A DNA stretch of 64,000 bases from Candidatus Iainarchaeum sp. (GCA_018304465.1 JAGVWC010000012.1:32001-96000), one strand, 5' to 3'. Shown: positions 43,966 to 54,131, counted from the first letter of the stretch. The notes: a model not told the origin generated them from the letters alone. Translations and numbers: made by a program.

Positions 43966-45096
43966 ATGGTAGATAAATCGCGTCCTCGAACAGGAAGCCT
44001 GCAATACTATCCGCGTTCTCGCGCAGACAAGGAAACCCCAAGCTTCCGCGCGTTTTCGGCTCCCAAAGCGGGCAAGGCAAAAGCGGTTAATTTTTTTGGA
44101 TATAAAGCCGGCATGGTGCAGATCGGGGGAAAAGACCTTCGAAAAAGCACGCCAAGTACCGGTCATGACATCATAATGGCGGGAACCGTTATCGAGTGTC
44201 CGCCGCTTCGCGTGATCGGAATTCGCGTCACCGGATGGAACGATGGTCGCACGGGAATCAACGTGTTAACCGAAATGTGGGCCGACAAAGCGGATCGACA
44301 TCTTCAAAAAAAAATTTATAATTTTAAATCGCCGCAGTCAAAGAAGAAAAAAACCAAAACCGTGTACAAAACGATTTCGGATTTGGAAAAAATCAAAGAC
44401 CAAATCGCCAACGTGCGCTTGCTGGTCGCGACGCAACCGAGTTTGACCGGATTTGGGAAGAAAAAACCCGACGTTTCCGAAGTCGCGATTTCAGGTGGAG
44501 TCGACGAACAACTGGCGTTTGCGAAAGAAAAACTCGGAAACGAATTGCATTTGAAAGAAGTATTTGAAAACAACACGCTGATGGATGTCAAAGCGGTTTC
44601 GACCGGAAAAGGAATGCAAGGCGTCATCAAACGACACAATGTCAAGATTCAGCGCCACAAAGCCAAGAAACAGCGCGCGGTCGGATCGATCGGTCCGTGG
44701 CATCCCCCGACTGTCATGTGGACGGTGGCGCGCGCGGGACAAATGGGATATAATTCGCGCACCGAATTCAACAAAAAGATCCTGGTTTTAGGCGAGAAAG
44801 GAAAAGCCATTTCGCCTTCAAGCGGTTTTGCGCATTATGGAAATGTTTCGAATGATTTTGTTTTGGTTGCCGGGTCGATTCCGGGTCCTTCCAAGCGTTG
44901 CATCGGATTGCGCTTGCCGACAAGACCCAGCCGCGAAAACCGCATTAAGCTTGAAGAAATTTCGTTTATTTCAACGGTTACGCACGGAAAAGCCGCGACC
45001 GAAGAAACTCCGAAAGCCGCCAAGGTTGAAGCGCAAAAAGTCGAAAAAAAAGAGCATAAAAGCGTTGAAGACGAATTAAAGCAAGCCGCCAAATAG
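43966..45096 (+). CDS. rpl3: 50S ribosomal protein uL3
   Basis: PRTGSLQYYPR, GYKAGM, GKGMQGVIKR, ARAGQMGY. Confidence 0.97.
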   Translation: MVDKSRPRTGSLQYYPRSRADKETPSFRAFSAPKAGKAKAVNFFGYKAGMVQIGGKDLRKSTPSTGHDIIMAGTVIECPPLRVIGIRVTGWNDGRTGINVLTEMWADKADRHLQKKIYNFKSPQSKKKKTKTVYKTISDLEKIKDQIANVRLLVATQPSLTGFGKKKPDVSEVAISGGVDEQLAFAKEKLGNELHLKEVFENNTLMDVKAVSTGKGMQGVIKRHNVKIQRHKAKKQRAVGSIGPWHPPTVMWTVARAGQMGYNSRTEFNKKILVLGEKGKAISPSSGFAHYGNVSNDFVLVAGSIPGPSKRCIGLRLPTRPSRENRIKLEEISFISTVTHGKAATEETPKAAKVEAQKVEKKEHKSVEDELKQAAK

Positions 45097-45106
45097 AGGA
45101 TTTAAG

Positions 45107-45916
45107 ATGAAGTGCCACGTGTTGGGATTGGATGGAAAAGCGGGAAAAGCCCTGGAGTTACCCCCGATTTTTGAGTCGCAGGTCAACACCCAGTTGATCA
45201 AGCGCGCCGTTTTGTCAAGCCAGTCAAAAGCCAAGCAGCCCAAAGGAAAATATTTGAAAGCCGGATTGGATAATACCGCGGTGTACATCGGTTATCGCGG
45301 TTTGCCCGGCGGAGAAAAATCGATTAACACGGGTCACGCCCGATTGCCCCGCATGAAAAACCGCGGTTCATTGATGGCGGGAAAAGTCGCCGGTGTTTCG
45401 CAGGCCGTGGGCGGTCACGCCGCGCATCCGCCGAAAGTGGAGTCGCGTATCGCGGAAGAAATGAACAAGAAAGAACGCAAAAAAGCGCTTGCCAGCGCGA
45501 TTGCGGCCACGGGAAACAAGAGTTTTGTTCAGATTCGCGGAGAAACCAGCGTTTCGGAAGTGCCGTTGGTGATTTCGAATGAATTTGAAAAACTCGCCAA
45601 AACCAAGGATGTTTCGAATGTGTTGAAGAGTTTGAAGCTGTGGGACGAAATCGAAAGCGCGAAAGAAAAGCGCACGGTTCGCGCCGGAAAGCAAAAAAGC
45701 CGCGGAAACAAGTACAAGCGGCGAAAAAGCATTTTGATTGTGGTCGGAAAAAAAGCCGCGGCGATCAAGGGTTGCCGAAACCTCGAAGGCGTTGACGTGG
45801 TCGAAGCCCGAAATTTGAGCGTTGAATTGCTGGCCCCGGGAACAAAACCGGGCCGGTTGACATTGTGGACGGAAGACGCTGTATCGCAAGTCGGAAAGAT
45901 TTGGGGTAAAGAATAA
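45107..45916 (+). CDS. rpl4: 50S ribosomal protein uL4
   Basis: AVGGHAAHPPK, RNLEGVDV, LAPGTKPGRLTLWT. Confidence 0.96.
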   Translation: MKCHVLGLDGKAGKALELPPIFESQVNTQLIKRAVLSSQSKAKQPKGKYLKAGLDNTAVYIGYRGLPGGEKSINTGHARLPRMKNRGSLMAGKVAGVSQAVGGHAAHPPKVESRIAEEMNKKERKKALASAIAATGNKSFVQIRGETSVSEVPLVISNEFEKLAKTKDVSNVLKSLKLWDEIESAKEKRTVRAGKQKSRGNKYKRRKSILIVVGKKAAAIKGCRNLEGVDVVEARNLSVELLAPGTKPGRLTLWTEDAVSQVGKIWGKE

Positions 45917-46341
45917 TGGCAAAGAAAAAAGCGGCCAAAGTCGCGAAGAAACCCGTTGCGGAAAAAAAACCGGTCGTGCAAAAGAAGTCCACCGGAAAGC
46001 ACACGCAGGTCCAGGAACGAATCGCGTCAAAGGAAAAGAAAACCCCCCTGGTCGCGCAGGCTTCCGCAAGCGAACAAATCAGGGACTTGACGGAAATTAT
46101 TTTTTATCCGTTGATTACGGAAAAAGCGGTCGGAATGATCGAAAAGGAAAACAAACTGGCGTTTGTCGTCAGTGATTCGGCGTCCAAGGACAAAATCAAA
46201 AAAGCGGTCCAGGACGTGTACGCGGTCAAGGTATCCGACGTAAATTTGATCCGCGACCGAAAAGGCCGGAAAAAAGCGTTCGTGCGGCTTGACAAGGCGT
46301 TCAAGGCAAGCGATGTCGCGATTAAACTCGGAGTCATTTAA
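45916..46341 (+). CDS. rpl23: 50S ribosomal protein uL23 with Lys-rich N-terminal extension
   Basis: YPLITEKA, ENKLAFVV, GRKKAFVRL. Confidence 0.95.
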   Translation: MAKKKAAKVAKKPVAEKKPVVQKKSTGKHTQVQERIASKEKKTPLVAQASASEQIRDLTEIIFYPLITEKAVGMIEKENKLAFVVSDSASKDKIKKAVQDVYAVKVSDVNLIRDRKGRKKAFVRLDKAFKASDVAIKLGVI

Positions 46342-46351
46342 AGGTGTTCAA

Positions 46352-47074
46352 TTGGGTAAGTCATTACGAGCGCAGCGAAGAGGCAAAGGCTCCTTTACGT
46401 TTATTGCGACAAAAAAAGGAACCGCGGACGTGCGGTACTTGCGTTCTTCGGATACCGAACCGCTCGGTGTTTTGTCCGGACAAGTGCTGGAATTGGAAAC
46501 CGACGCGGGTCGAAGCGCGGTTTTGGCGCGCGTGTTGTTTTCGAACGGAAAAGAATCGTATATGATCGCCGCCGAAGGATTGACGAAAGGACAATCGATT
46601 GAAATGGGCAAAAACGCGCAAGTGGGAATCGGAAACGTATTGCCTGTCGCGCAGATTCCGGAAGGATGCCCGATTTTTTGCGTTGAAAAAATGGCGGAAG
46701 ACGGCGGATCCCTGGTTCGAGCGTCGGGTTTGTACGGGTTGATCATGTCCAAAACCGCCAAAAACGCGTTGGTTAAATTGTCTTCGGGAAAAACCATCGA
46801 GCTTCCACTGGAATGCCGCGCAACGATCGGTTGTGTGGCGGGCGGAGGACGACATGAAAAGCCAATGCTTAAAGCAGGAACCCATTTTCATTTAATGAAG
46901 GCGCGTAGACGCCATTATCCGGGATTGCGTGGAGTCGCCATGAACGCGGTCGATCACCCGTTCGGTGGAAGCCAGCATCACGCCGGAAAATCCAAGAGCA
47001 CCAAGCGCAATGCGCCGCCGGGCCGAAAGGTCGGAGCGATTGCCTCAAGCCGCACGGGACGGAGGAAGAGATAA
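46352..47074 (+). CDS. rpl2: 50S ribosomal protein uL2
   Basis: TTG start GKSLRAQRRGKGS; RGVAMNAVDHPFGG; PPGRKVGAIA. Confidence 0.97.
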   Translation: MGKSLRAQRRGKGSFTFIATKKGTADVRYLRSSDTEPLGVLSGQVLELETDAGRSAVLARVLFSNGKESYMIAAEGLTKGQSIEMGKNAQVGIGNVLPVAQIPEGCPIFCVEKMAEDGGSLVRASGLYGLIMSKTAKNALVKLSSGKTIELPLECRATIGCVAGGGRHEKPMLKAGTHFHLMKARRRHYPGLRGVAMNAVDHPFGGSQHHAGKSKSTKRNAPPGRKVGAIASSRTGRRKR

Positions 47075-47473
47075 ATGGCAAAGGAATTTTTGTACCGCAA
47101 CAAGACAATGACGGAGCTTTCGGAAATGCCGCTGGATCAATTCGCGTTGCTGGTTCGAAGCCGAGCGCGTCGAACGTTACAGCACGGATTCGACAAGCAG
47201 TTGTTGAAACGCATCGAAAAAAACATTCAGACGCAAAAAGCGGGAAAAGAACCCAAAGCCATCCGAACGCATCTGCGCGATACCGTGATCATTCCCAAAA
47301 TGGTGGGATTGCGTTTTGCCGTTTACAAGGGAAACTCGTTCGAACAAGTATTGGTCATACCGGAAATGCTGGGCCATTACCTGGGCGAAATGGTTTTGAC
47401 GAGGAAACGCTTGCTGCACGGAAAAGCCGGAATCGGTGCCACCAAGTCGAGCACCGCGATTACCGCGCGATAA
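47075..47473 (+). CDS. rps19: 30S ribosomal protein uS19
   Basis: IRTHLRD, PEMLGHYLGE, GIGATKSS. Confidence 0.96.
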   Translation: MAKEFLYRNKTMTELSEMPLDQFALLVRSRARRTLQHGFDKQLLKRIEKNIQTQKAGKEPKAIRTHLRDTVIIPKMVGLRFAVYKGNSFEQVLVIPEMLGHYLGEMVLTRKRLLHGKAGIGATKSSTAITAR

Positions 47474-47486
47474 TGAAGGTTAGCAT

Positions 47487-47957
47487 ATGAAACGAAATTA
47501 CAATCTGGAAACGACCGTTGTGGAGAAAAAAATGGCGCGCGCATTGAGCGTTGGCGTTAACGCGTCGCTCAAATACGCGACCGAAATCTGCAACCAGGTC
47601 CGCGGAAAACCCGTGAAAAAAGTGGAAGCGTTTTTGGAACGCGTGCTTGAAAAAGAAGAACACTTGCCGTTGCCGCGCTACAACAAGAAAGTTGCGCACA
47701 GAAAAGGCGAAGCGAAAGAACACACCAAGTCGGGCCGGTATCCGGAAAAAACCGTGAAAGTATTTTTGAAGCTGGTACAAAGCGCGAAAGCGAATGCCGA
47801 TTACAAGGGACTCGATGCCGAAAAACTCGTGGTCTTGCATGCGTTTGCAAGCCAGGCGTTTGGAAGACCGTCGTACCAGAACAAAGGACACATCAGCGGA
47901 AAACGACGAAAAACAAAGTCGTGCCACATCGAAATTGTGTTGTTAGAGGCAGCCTAA
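47487..47957 (+). CDS. rpl22: 50S ribosomal protein uL22
   Basis: SLKYATEIC, GRYPEKT, ANADYKGLD, HIEIVL. Confidence 0.96.
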   Translation: MKRNYNLETTVVEKKMARALSVGVNASLKYATEICNQVRGKPVKKVEAFLERVLEKEEHLPLPRYNKKVAHRKGEAKEHTKSGRYPEKTVKVFLKLVQSAKANADYKGLDAEKLVVLHAFASQAFGRPSYQNKGHISGKRRKTKSCHIEIVLLEAA

Positions 47958-47963
47958 GGGGAT

Positions 47964-48776
47964 ATGCAAATGATTGAACGAGCATTCATCGAACAGGGAA
48001 TCCGAAAAGTCGAACTCGACCGGTTCTTGCGCGGAAAATTGGAACGCGCGGGTTTCACGCGGTCCGAAATCGTCAAGACGCCGCTCGTGACGCGAATCGT
48101 CGTCAACGTGGTGTCACCGGGACTCGCGATCGGAAAAGGCGGGGAAAACATCCGAAGCCTTACCGAAGCGATCAAAACCAAGTACGGAATCGAAAATCCG
48201 CAGTTGGAAATCCGGGAAATTCCCAAGGTGAATCTCGACTCGCAAGCCGTCACCGACAAGATCGTGGCGGCCGTGGAACGAGGGTTCTCGTGGAGAAGCG
48301 TTTGCTTTCGAACCGTGCGCGACATCATGGGTAGCGGCGCCAAAGGAGTCGAAATTATTGTTAAAGGAGTCATTGCGGGAAAAGGACAGCGAAAACGCAA
48401 ACAACGCCTGGCCGAAGGATACATGAAAAAAGTCGGGAACGAAGCGTTGCTCGTCGATTATGCCAAAGGAACCGCGATCACCAAGATCGGAGCGATCGGT
48501 TTCAAAGTACGGATCGTGCGACCCGACGTGCAGTTTTTGGACAAGATTGATTTGAGAAATTACATCGGGAAAAAAGCGGATGAAACCGTTGTCGCGGAAT
48601 CGGTTCCAATGGAAGTGGAGCCGGTAACCGAGAAAGCCGAAGAAATCGTTGAGGAAAAAACCGAAAAGAAAGAAACCAAGAAACCCAAAGCGGAAAAACC
48701 CAAGGCAAAAAAAGAAAAGAAAGAAGAACCTGCAGAGAAAAAAGCCGAGGAATCCGCGGTGGAAGAAGAAAAGTGA
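47964..48776 (+). CDS. rps3: 30S ribosomal protein uS3 with Glu/Lys-rich tail
   Basis: PGLAIGKGGENI KH motif, GAKGVEI, EGYMKK. Confidence 0.96.
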   Translation: MQMIERAFIEQGIRKVELDRFLRGKLERAGFTRSEIVKTPLVTRIVVNVVSPGLAIGKGGENIRSLTEAIKTKYGIENPQLEIREIPKVNLDSQAVTDKIVAAVERGFSWRSVCFRTVRDIMGSGAKGVEIIVKGVIAGKGQRKRKQRLAEGYMKKVGNEALLVDYAKGTAITKIGAIGFKVRIVRPDVQFLDKIDLRNYIGKKADETVVAESVPMEVEPVTEKAEEIVEEKTEKKETKKPKAEKPKAKKEKKEEPAEKKAEESAVEEEK

Positions 48777-48786
48777 AGGTTAAGGT

Positions 48787-49014
48787 ATGAAAGTAAAAGA
48801 AGTTCGTGCATTGGGCGATCAAGACGCGGAAACGAAACTGGCGGAATTGAAGAAACAACTGGCCAAAGAACGCGGACTCGTCGCGTCCGGAACCCGACCC
48901 GAGAATCCTGGAAAAATAAAGGATATGCGCAAAACCATCGCGCGGATTCTGACGGTTAGCCACGAAAAAGCGCTTAAGCAAAAAACAAAAAAAATGATAG
49001 CACGCGGAGGCTGA
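48787..49014 (+). CDS. rpl29: 50S ribosomal protein uL29
   Basis: ENPGKIKDMRKTIARILT. Confidence 0.95.
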   Translation: MKVKEVRALGDQDAETKLAELKKQLAKERGLVASGTRPENPGKIKDMRKTIARILTVSHEKALKQKTKKMIARGG

Positions 49015-49023
49015 AGGAAAAAA

Positions 49024-49329
49024 ATGGATGAAATTTGTCAAACCTGTGGACTACCGAAATCACTTTGCGTCTGTGGCCAAATCGAAAAAGAGCAGCAGAA
49101 AATAAAGATTCGGATGATTACCCGAAAATTCGGAAAACAGGTGACGCACGTCAGCGGTTTCGACACCGAGGAACTGGCCAAAGAACTGGAAAAAGTGTTG
49201 AAAAAAAAACTCGCTTGCGGCGGAACATCCAAGAACAAAATCATCGAACTGCAAGGAAATCATGCACGAAAAGTCAAAGAAGTGCTGCTTGCGGAAGGAT
49301 ACAACGAGGCATTGATTGATGATCATTGA
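49024..49329 (+). CDS. Translation initiation factor aIF1 (SUI1)
   Basis: CQTCGLPKSLCVC, LKKKLACGGT, IELQGNH. Confidence 0.95.
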   Translation: MDEICQTCGLPKSLCVCGQIEKEQQKIKIRMITRKFGKQVTHVSGFDTEELAKELEKVLKKKLACGGTSKNKIIELQGNHARKVKEVLLAEGYNEALIDDH

Positions 49330-49606
49330 AATTACCGAGAAAAACCTTGCCGGCCATGAATGGATCGGTTTGGACGCGGTTGTGATCGCGTCCACGGATC
49401 CGGGCAGAGTCGGAAAAAAAGGTCGGATCGTCGGTGAAACCAAAAACACGGTTGTGTTGGAATCGGATTCCAGAGAAATCGTGTTGCCAAAAAAAGAAGT
49501 GAAATTGGAAATCGAATGGAAGGAGAAAAAGTACACGTTAGATTTGAAAGAATGGTGTTTTAGGCCGGAAGACCGCATTAAGGCTTTGGTCAAGAAAAAA
49601 AAATGA
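49319..49606 (+). CDS. rnp1: RNase P protein subunit Rpp29
   Basis: HEWIGL, GRIVGETKN, RPEDRIK; synteny between SUI1 and S17. Confidence 0.9.
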   Translation: MIIEITEKNLAGHEWIGLDAVVIASTDPGRVGKKGRIVGETKNTVVLESDSREIVLPKKEVKLEIEWKEKKYTLDLKEWCFRPEDRIKALVKKKK

Positions 49607-49616
49607 GGGAAGAAAC

Positions 49617-49958
49617 ATGTCGGTGAAAAACAAAAACAGTTTGCCCGTGCGCGGAAACGTGTTTGATGGAAGAGTCATCAGCGCGAAAGCCCCGAAAACC
49701 GTTACGGTTTTGCGCGACACAGTGCATTACGTTTCAAAGTATGAGCGATACAAAAAAAGCCGCTCAAAAGTAAAAGCGCACGTTCCCGACAATTTTGCCG
49801 TGAACGAAGGCGACGTGGTACGAATCGGGGAAACCCGAAAAATTTCGAAAACCAAGAATTTCGTCGTCATGCAGATCCTGCAGAAAGCCGCCGAAAAACG
49901 CTTGATTGAAGACATCAAAGAAGAGGAAAAACCCAAAAAGAAAGAGGATAAGAAATGA
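49617..49958 (+). CDS. rps17: 30S ribosomal protein uS17
   Basis: LPVRG, KYERY, GETRKISKTKNF. Confidence 0.96.
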   Translation: MSVKNKNSLPVRGNVFDGRVISAKAPKTVTVLRDTVHYVSKYERYKKSRSKVKAHVPDNFAVNEGDVVRIGETRKISKTKNFVVMQILQKAAEKRLIEDIKEEEKPKKKEDKK

Positions 49959-50353
49959 ATGCCATTAACGCTTCGCCGGTGCGGGGATTGACGCAAAAGA
50001 CGCGTTGTTTGTGTACGGATAATTCCGGCGCGAAAGAAGTGGAGATTATCAGCGTGTTTGGATTCAAATCACGCAAGAAAATGTATCCGAAAGCCGGAAT
50101 CGCCGACCTCGTGAACGTGGTCGTCAAGAAAGGAAAACCGGAAATGCGTAAAAAAGTGGAACGCGCGGTCGTTGTCCGTGTTCGAAAAGAATACCGCCGA
50201 CGCGACGGAATGCGCATCGCGTTCGAAGACAACGCGGTTGTATTGGTCGATGAAAAAGGATTGCCCAAAGCATCCGAAGTCAAAGGCGTGGTCGCCAAAG
50301 AAGTCGCCGAACGATATCCGAAAGTCGCGGGATTGGCCCAGGCCGTTTTGTAA
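49955..50353 (+). CDS. rpl14: 50S ribosomal protein uL14
   Basis: DNSGAKEV, VKKGKPEMRKK, FEDNAVV. Confidence 0.97.
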   Translation: MNAINASPVRGLTQKTRCLCTDNSGAKEVEIISVFGFKSRKKMYPKAGIADLVNVVVKKGKPEMRKKVERAVVVRVRKEYRRRDGMRIAFEDNAVVLVDEKGLPKASEVKGVVAKEVAERYPKVAGLAQAVL

Positions 50354-50366
50354 GGAATGATTGAAG

Positions 50367-50807
50367 ATGAATCCGAAAAGCAAAAAACCAAACAAGCAGC
50401 GGAAATACCAGGCCAACCTGGCGTTGCACCAGAAGCAAAAACGTTTGTCGGTGCATTTGTCCAAAGAGCTGCGCAAAGAGTATAAGACCCGCGCGGTGCC
50501 CTTAAAGAAAGGCGACTTGGTGAAAGTCGTTTCGGGAAACCAGTTCGGAAAAACCGGCAAAGTAACCGAAGTCAATTACGATTCGCAGCGCGTCGCAATT
50601 GAAAAGATCATGCGCAAAAAATCGGACGGAAAAGAAATCCCGATTTTGATTCACGCGAGCAATTTGATGATTATGGAATTGGAAACCAAAGACGACCGGC
50701 GATTCAAGAATGCTCCGGCGAAAAAAAAGAAAACCCACGAAGAAGCCCCGGAAAAAACCGCGGCACCAAAGAAAACCGTGGCCAAAGCGAAGGTGACTGC
50801 AAAATGA
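50367..50807 (+). CDS. rpl24: 50S ribosomal protein uL24
   Basis: LSKELRKEY, KOW motif KGDLVKVVSG, IHASNL. Confidence 0.95.
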   Translation: MNPKSKKPNKQRKYQANLALHQKQKRLSVHLSKELRKEYKTRAVPLKKGDLVKVVSGNQFGKTGKVTEVNYDSQRVAIEKIMRKKSDGKEIPILIHASNLMIMELETKDDRRFKNAPAKKKKTHEEAPEKTAAPKKTVAKAKVTAK

Positions 50808-51526
50808 GTAGTAAAGGCGGACGCACGACGTCCAAACGATTGGCTTTGCCACGCGTTCGAACCGTGATTAAGAAAGCCCGGACATGGGCGATTCGACCAA
50901 GCCCCGGAAGCCACAGCCAGGAAACGGCTGTGCCGTTGGGTTCGGTTTTGCGCGATGTGTTAGGCGTTACGACCAATGCGTTGGAAACCCGACGCGTGCT
51001 TTCGACCGGAACCGTTTTCGTGAATTCGAAAAAGCGAAAAGAACGCAAGTTCGCCGTGGGATTGTTTGACGTGGTGTATCTGGAAACCGCGAAAAAATAT
51101 TATCGAATGGTATTGAACGGCAGAGGCCGGCTGGTACCGCTTGAGATTACAAAAGACGACGGAAAGTTTTCGGTTGAAAAAGTCACGAAAAAAGTGCTTT
51201 CGAAAGGGCACTTGTTCCAATTGACCACCAATGCGGGTTCGACGTTCATGCAAAAAGACGGAAAAGTCCCCGTGGGCGCTTCATTGAAAGTGGATTTGGA
51301 ACACCGGAAAATCGTGGATACGTTTGAGATGAAAGAAGGACATTTGGCGTACATTGTGGGCGGAACTCACCGCGGCAGTGTCGCGACCATTGAAAACATT
51401 TCCCCGTCAACCATGCAAAAAGAAAGCCTGGTTTCGCTGAAAGGGGACAGCGAGTTTCAGACGATTACGGAAAACGTGTTCGTGATCGGAAACAAGAAAG
51501 CCGCGATCGCGGTGGAAAAGGAATAA
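50804..51526 (+). CDS. rps4e: 30S ribosomal protein eS4
   Basis: KRLALP, PSPGSH, PLGSVLRDVLG, VGLFDVV, VFVIG. Confidence 0.95.
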   Translation: MSSKGGRTTSKRLALPRVRTVIKKARTWAIRPSPGSHSQETAVPLGSVLRDVLGVTTNALETRRVLSTGTVFVNSKKRKERKFAVGLFDVVYLETAKKYYRMVLNGRGRLVPLEITKDDGKFSVEKVTKKVLSKGHLFQLTTNAGSTFMQKDGKVPVGASLKVDLEHRKIVDTFEMKEGHLAYIVGGTHRGSVATIENISPSTMQKESLVSLKGDSEFQTITENVFVIGNKKAAIAVEKE

Positions 51527-51540
51527 TTGACAAGTGATAA

Positions 51541-52062
51541 ATGATGGCAGAAGAAAACAAGATGCGCGAAATCCGTGTGGCCAAAGTAACGGTCAACATG
51601 GGTGTCGGACAGCCAGGTGAAGGACTAAAGAACGCCCAAACGATTCTCGAAATGATTACGGGAACGAAGTCGGTGCAAACCCAAGCCAAGGTCCGCTTGC
51701 CCACGTGGAATATCCGCCCGGGTCTTCCGATCGGAGCCAAGACCACGTTGCGAAAGCAAAAAGCGCAGGATTTCCTAAAACGCGCGTTTCTTGCCAAGAG
51801 CAACACGTTAAAAAAGAAAAATTTTGACAAAATGGGAAATTTCGGTTTTGGTATCCGCGAACACATTGATTTACAGGGAATCAAATACGATCCGAAGATG
51901 GGTATCCGCGGTTTCGACGTGTTGGTTTCGCTTGAGCGACCCGGTTACCGCGTTTCGAAACGAAAGTTGGGCAAAGGAACGATCGGCCGCACGCATGTGA
52001 TTACAAGAGACGAAGGAATTGCGTTTGTTGAAAAGAAATTCGGAGTGAAAGTCAATGACTAA
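51541..52062 (+). CDS. rpl5: 50S ribosomal protein uL5
   Basis: [36 protein letters not shown]. Confidence 0.97.
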   Translation: MMAEENKMREIRVAKVTVNMGVGQPGEGLKNAQTILEMITGTKSVQTQAKVRLPTWNIRPGLPIGAKTTLRKQKAQDFLKRAFLAKSNTLKKKNFDKMGNFGFGIREHIDLQGIKYDPKMGIRGFDVLVSLERPGYRVSKRKLGKGTIGRTHVITRDEGIAFVEKKFGVKVND

Positions 52063-52240
52063 CGGCGACAAAAAAGTGGACCGGCACAATCAGAAAAAAG
52101 TGCGCAGCCCAAAACTAAAGGAATTCCATTGCCGTATCTGCGGAGGCGGCAGGGGAATGATCAGGAAATACGGAATCAATCTTTGTCGAAGATGCTTCAA
52201 GGATTACGCAGAAAAATTGGGATTTAGGAAGTTTGATTAG
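52055..52240 (+). CDS. rps14: 30S ribosomal protein uS14 (Zn-binding)
   Basis: CRICG...[13 protein letters not shown]...LGFRK. Confidence 0.95.
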   Translation: MTNGDKKVDRHNQKKVRSPKLKEFHCRICGGGRGMIRKYGINLCRRCFKDYAEKLGFRKFD

Positions 52241-52248
52241 GTGACGAA

Positions 52249-52638
52249 ATGAGCGTAGACCAGATTGCAAATGCATTGACGAGTATCAAGAATAGCGAAA
52301 GCGCGGCGAGACATACGTGTACGATTAAACCGGGCTCGAAACTCTTGAAAGAAATCCTGCGCGTAATGCAGGAAAATGGCTTTGTCAAGAAAGTGGATTG
52401 GAAAGAAACCCGACAAGGCGAGGAAGCCATCGTGTCATTGGAAGGACGCATTAACGAATGCCGCGTCGTCAAGCCGCGATATGCGGTCAAGAAAGACGAG
52501 TTCGAGCGGTTCGAAAAGAAGTTTTTGCCCGCGCGCGACATCGGAATTCTGATCGTAAGCACTCCTAAGGGTGTGTTTTCGCACAAGAAAGCCAAGGAAA
52601 ACGGCGTCGGCGGAAGACTGCTGGCGTACGTGTTTTAG
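52249..52638 (+). CDS. rps8: 30S ribosomal protein uS8
   Basis: DQIANAL, FLPARDIGILIVSTPKGV, GGRLLAYV. Confidence 0.97.
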   Translation: MSVDQIANALTSIKNSESAARHTCTIKPGSKLLKEILRVMQENGFVKKVDWKETRQGEEAIVSLEGRINECRVVKPRYAVKKDEFERFEKKFLPARDIGILIVSTPKGVFSHKKAKENGVGGRLLAYVF

Positions 52639-52643
52639 GTGAA

Positions 52644-53186
52644 ATGGTTATGGAAAAAAATATGCGACGAATCGAGTTGCCCCAAGGCATGGATGCCCAG
52701 ATAGACGGCGCCAAAGTCACGGTGAAAGGAAACGGACGCGAAGTCTCGAAAACGTTTTCGGCCGAAGGCGTTTCGTTTTCAAAAGAAGGCAACGCCATCG
52801 TTCTTACGGCGGTTCATTTGTCAAACCGCGAAGTTGCCAGAATGAACGCGATCGTGTCGCATGTCGAAAACCTGATCAAGGGAACCAAAAAGGATTACGA
52901 GTACAAAATGGGAATTGTTTTTTCGCATTTTCCGATGACGGTTAACGTCAAGGAATCGGTCGTGGAAATCAACAATTTTCTCGGAGAAAAAAAATCCCGC
53001 CGCGCGAAAATCGTGAAAGGAACCAAAGTCATGGTGAAAGGAAAAGAAGTAGTCGTCACGGGATCCAATAAGGAACACGTGGGACAAACCGCGGCCAATA
53101 TTGAAGGCGCCGCCCGCGTGATCGGACGCGACAAACGCGTGTTTCAAGACGGAATTTTTATCGTTTCAAAATCAAAGCATGAGTAA
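52644..53186 (+). CDS. rpl6: 50S ribosomal protein uL6
   Basis: SHFPMTV, NFLGEK, VGQTAANIE, DKRVFQDGIFI. Confidence 0.97.
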   Translation: MVMEKNMRRIELPQGMDAQIDGAKVTVKGNGREVSKTFSAEGVSFSKEGNAIVLTAVHLSNREVARMNAIVSHVENLIKGTKKDYEYKMGIVFSHFPMTVNVKESVVEINNFLGEKKSRRAKIVKGTKVMVKGKEVVVTGSNKEHVGQTAANIEGAARVIGRDKRVFQDGIFIVSKSKHE

Positions 53187-53190
53187 GTGA

Positions 53191-53676
53191 ATGAATATGG
53201 TAACCAAAAAAACAGCAAAAGCAAACCCCAAAGCAGCGGCAAAACCGCAGGCCGCACCAAGTGCGCCAAAGACGGCGAAAAAAGCGGGACCCCGAAAAGG
53301 AAAAGCCAAGGACATAAAGATTAAGCGATTACAGAAAAAAATCAAAGTCAAATACCGCCCCATGTTTCGCGGCCGGTTCGGAAGCCGAAGCGTTCGACGC
53401 GTGTCGCTTGAAAAATGGCAGAAGTGGCGCAGAACCCGCGGAGTCGATACGCGAAGAAACCAGGAAGACGGTTTGGTGGTCGACTCGGGTTACCGGACTC
53501 CAAACGACATCCGGGGACTGCATCCAAGCGGTTATTCGGAAATGCGCGTGTTTTCGCCAAGCGAAGTTGTTGCAAAGCCCAACGTGGTGTTGCGTATCGG
53601 CCGAACGGTGGGAAAAGCCAAGCGAAAATTGATTTTGGCCAAGGCCCGCGAAATCGGAATTGAAGTGTTGAACTGA
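53191..53676 (+). CDS. rpl32e: 50S ribosomal protein eL32 with Lys/Ala/Pro-rich N-terminal extension
   Basis: KWRRTRGVD, GYRTP..IRGLHPSGY, IEVLN. Confidence 0.94.
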   Translation: MNMVTKKTAKANPKAAAKPQAAPSAPKTAKKAGPRKGKAKDIKIKRLQKKIKVKYRPMFRGRFGSRSVRRVSLEKWQKWRRTRGVDTRRNQEDGLVVDSGYRTPNDIRGLHPSGYSEMRVFSPSEVVAKPNVVLRIGRTVGKAKRKLILAKAREIGIEVLN

Positions 53677-53687
53677 AGGGATAAAAA

Positions 53688-54125
53688 ATGGAACTGCAAA
53701 AGATCAAACGATTGGCGGCAACGGTCCTAAAAACCGGCGAACGCAACGTGTGGATGAATCCGGATGAAACCAAGCGGATTTCCGAAGCCCTCACCAAGGA
53801 AGACGTCCGACAATTGATTACCGAAAAATTGATCAAGAAAACAAAGACCCAAGGTCATTCGCGCGGAAAAGCACGGATCTTAAAGGCCAAGAAAAAGAAA
53901 GGCCGAAAACGAGGATATGGAAAGCGACGCGGAACCAAAAAGACCCGCATGGACAAGAAAGCCCAGTGGATTTCGATGGTACGCGGACAACGCAGGTATC
54001 TGCGCGAGTTGCGCGAAAAGAAATCCATTTCGAAAGAAATGTATACGCGCATTTACACGCTGATCAAAGGCGGATATTTCAAGGGAAAACGACAGATTGA
54101 ATTGTTTGTTAAGGAAAACAAGTGA
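53688..54125 (+). CDS. rpl19e: 50S ribosomal protein eL19
   Basis: KRLAA, GHSRGKAR, GYGKRRG, KGGYFK. Confidence 0.96.
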   Translation: MELQKIKRLAATVLKTGERNVWMNPDETKRISEALTKEDVRQLITEKLIKKTKTQGHSRGKARILKAKKKKGRKRGYGKRRGTKKTRMDKKAQWISMVRGQRRYLRELREKKSISKEMYTRIYTLIKGGYFKGKRQIELFVKENK

Positions 54126-54131
54126 TATGAA

